A stretch of DNA of 64,000 nt from an uncultured Chloroflexia bacterium. GTDB lineage: Bacteria; Chloroflexota; Limnocylindria; Limnocylindrales; CSP1-4. Positions 61,860-64,000 of this stretch are shown here, one piece after another; positions within the stretch are counted from its first letter, which is position 1, and every line of letters begins with the position of its first letter. The position numbers were made by a program, and so were the translations under genes. The notes below the pieces were generated by a model, which saw only the letters and a list, made by a program, of their open reading frames with translations, ran no database searches and was not told where the DNA came from. Where the stretch lies: the NCBI GenBank assembly GCA_963713975.1, contig OY970218.1, positions 2,176,001 through 2,240,000 on the forward strand. Reading direction: 5' to 3'.

Positions 61860-64000
61860 GCCGGGTTGTCCGTCGGGCGGACGAGGAGCGCCACGGGGAA
61901 CCGGTCCAGGAGCATCGCGATCGGGACGTCGCCGCCGCCGGTCAGTGCGCCATCGTCCGCCCGGCCACCCCCCAGAAGGTTCGTCCAGGTCCCGGCCGGG
62001 AGGGCCAGGTGCGTCGACCCCCATGTGTCCGCGTGGCCCCAGGCGGGGCCGCCCAGTCCGTGCACGAGGCGCGGCGCAACGACGACGAGGTCGTCGGCCC
62101 GCATGAGCGCGACCACGTGCCCGGCTCGGGGACCGGTCGCCTCGAGCGCCCGGTAGGCGGCTCGCCGGTCGAACAGCTCCGGTCGATCCCGACGCAGTCC
62201 CAGCGTGCGTGCGATCGTCCACAGCTTCGGCAGCCCCTCCTCCATCTCCTCCAGGACCGACTCCGGGGTGGCACTGCCGGCGCCGTCGAGGAGGCGTGCG
62301 CGCCGCTCGAAGTCGACCGGGCGGCGGTTGTCCGGATCCACGAGGCTGAGGTCCCACAGGTCCGTGCCCTGGTAGATGTCGGGAACCCCCGGCACGGTGA
62401 GCTTGAGCAGCGTCTGGGCGATCGAGCCCACCCGGCCCGCCGCCACCACGGGCACGAGGAAGGCCTCGAGGTCGGCGATGAACGCCGGGTCGGCGATTGC
62501 CGAGGCCGCGAACGAGGTCAGGGCCGTCTCATAGGCCTCGTCCGGCGCCCCCCACGACGTGTGGAGCTTCGCTTCGCGCACGGCCTTTGTGAGGTAGGCC
62601 TCGAGGCGCTCGCGATCGATGGGCCATGCCCCGACCAGCGTCTGGTACAGGAGGTACTCAGCATTCCGGTCCGGGAGCTCGCCGGTCCGGTACGTTGCGA
62701 GCATCCCGGACCAGCGCCAGACCGCCGCGGCCCACTCGGTCGGCATCTCGGACAGGACGTGGATCCGGGCACGGACGTCCTCCGCGCGCTTGGTGTCGTG
62801 GGTGCTGGTGGTGAGCATCGCGTCGGGCCAGGCGGCGTGCCGGCTCGCGTTCGCCGCGTGGAATGCGGCCGGGGACACGCCGAACCGTGCGGGATCTCCA
62901 CCCACCTCGTTGAGCGAGACCAGCCGGTGGTAGCGGTAGAACGCCGTGTCCTCGACGCCCTTGGCCATGACCGCCCCCGTCAGCTGCTGGAAGCGCATGA
63001 CCAGCTCGGACTCCTTCGGCCCGCGGACGCGAAGCGCCAGGATGTCCCCAACGAAGCGGAAGAGATCGGGATCGAGGGGCGGGTTCACATCGATCGCGGC
63101 GTCCACGACGTCCGCGAGAATCTCCTCATCCCCTGCGTCGATCATCCCCGCGTCCGCTCGCACGTACGTCCGGTAGCGGGGGAACGCCACGGCCAGCTCG
63201 CGCAGGACCTCGTGGCAGGCGTGGCGGGTGTGGTCCCGGTGGCGGCGATGCCCCTCGCAGATCTCGAGCAGCAGCCCGGTCAGCCGGTTGAGCTCGCTGC
63301 CAAGGTTCTCGCGCAGGACCACCTGCTTCGAGTCGCGGACCACGGCCGCGAGATCGTCGTCCAGCCCCGTGAACTCGCGGTACAGGGCGGTCATCGCGGC
63401 CTCGGCCGAGGCGTCCACGAACAGGCCGCCGATGAGGTTGAGGAACCCGTAGCCGGTGGTGCCGTCCACGGGCCAGTCGGCACGAAGCGTCTCGTGGCCC
63501 TCGAGGATCTTCTCGGCGACGATCCAGCCTCGCGGGCTCGCTTCCCGCAGCCGGCGGAAGTACGCGGCAGGGTCCCGCAGGCCATCCGGGTGGTCGACCC
63601 GGAGGCCGTCGATGACCCCGTCGCGGATCCAGCGCATCGGCACCAGGTGCGTGTCCGCGAAGACCTCCGGGTCCTCGACCCGGATCCCGATCAGCGTGGT
63701 CACGTCGAAGAAGCGCCGGTAGCCGAGGTCACGGCCGGCCGCCCGCCAGTGGGCGAGCCGGTAGTTCTGCGCCTCGAGGATCGCGTCGAGCGTGTCCGGG
63801 TCGGCGTTGGCGGCGTCCACCTCCGCGTCGAGTGCCCGGGCAAGCTCGGGCTGCTCGTGGGTCAGCCTTGCCAGCTGCGTCCTGAGCACCTCCTTGTCGC
63901 GATGACGCCGCTCGACGCTCTCGAGATCGACGGCCGTCGGCGACGGCAGCCTGCCCAGGGCGCCGCCGACGAACATCAGCTCGTCCAATTCGACCCGGCG
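61856..64000 (-). CDS. treY: Malto-oligosyltrehalose synthase (5' partial, runs off window end)
   Basis: YRRFFDV, GLRVDHPDGL, EKIL, AKGVEDTAFY, STHDTKR, LVDPDNRRPVD. Confidence 0.95.
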   Translation of the reverse strand, partial: RRVELDELMFVGGALGRLPSPTAVDLESVERRHRDKEVLRTQLARLTHEQPELARALDAEVDAANADPDTLDAILEAQNYRLAHWRAAGRDLGYRRFFDVTTLIGIRVEDPEVFADTHLVPMRWIRDGVIDGLRVDHPDGLRDPAAYFRRLREASPRGWIVAEKILEGHETLRADWPVDGTTGYGFLNLIGGLFVDASAEAAMTALYREFTGLDDDLAAVVRDSKQVVLRENLGSELNRLTGLLLEICEGHRRHRDHTRHACHEVLRELAVAFPRYRTYVRADAGMIDAGDEEILADVVDAAIDVNPPLDPDLFRFVGDILALRVRGPKESELVMRFQQLTGAVMAKGVEDTAFYRYHRLVSLNEVGGDPARFGVSPAAFHAANASRHAAWPDAMLTTSTHDTKRAEDVRARIHVLSEMPTEWAAAVWRWSGMLATYRTGELPDRNAEYLLYQTLVGAWPIDRERLEAYLTKAVREAKLHTSWGAPDEAYETALTSFAASAIADPAFIADLEAFLVPVVAAGRVGSIAQTLLKLTVPGVPDIYQGTDLWDLSLVDPDNRRPVDFERRARLLDGAGSATPESVLEEMEEGLPKLWTIARTLGLRRDRPELFDRRAAYRALEATGPRAGHVVALMRADDLVVVAPRLVHGLGGPAWGHADTWGSTHLALPAGTWTNLLGGGRADDGALTGGGDVPIAMLLDRFPVALLVRPTDNPA

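Overview
This is a very GC-rich bacterial chromosome segment. Gene content suggests Chloroflexota or a similar monoderm lineage (inference). Most of it is housekeeping and metabolism: pyrK-pyrD-pyrE, a ctaA-ctaB fusion, argF-arcC, xth, a serpin, MarR-MFS, sodN-sodX, a yitJ-type HMT/MTHFR, lysA, and a treY-treZ-glgE-treS/mak-GH13 cluster. The main discovery is two distinct but related Mutator/IS256-like transposons, at 36144-38908 (30-bp perfect TIRs, 8-bp TSD CCGCTGGC) and 48413-50772 (48-bp perfect TIRs, 8-bp TSD ACCGGCGC). Each has a DDE transposase and a convergent passenger gene. The two passengers are homologous secreted TIMP/NTR-like proteins with a PDTAT-TM-basic sorting signal. One transposase is fused to two DUF4379-like zinc-ribbon domains. 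Both elements sit 38-39 bp upstream of a candidate host -10 box, which suggests promoter-targeted insertion. Other oddities are a 294-bp identical tract shared by two otherwise divergent Rieske oxygenase paralogs, an archaeal-type ACT-DUF5612 protein, a nonsense-interrupted RibD-like gene, and widespread leaderless-type promoters. All family calls come from motif recognition by eye; no database searches were run.
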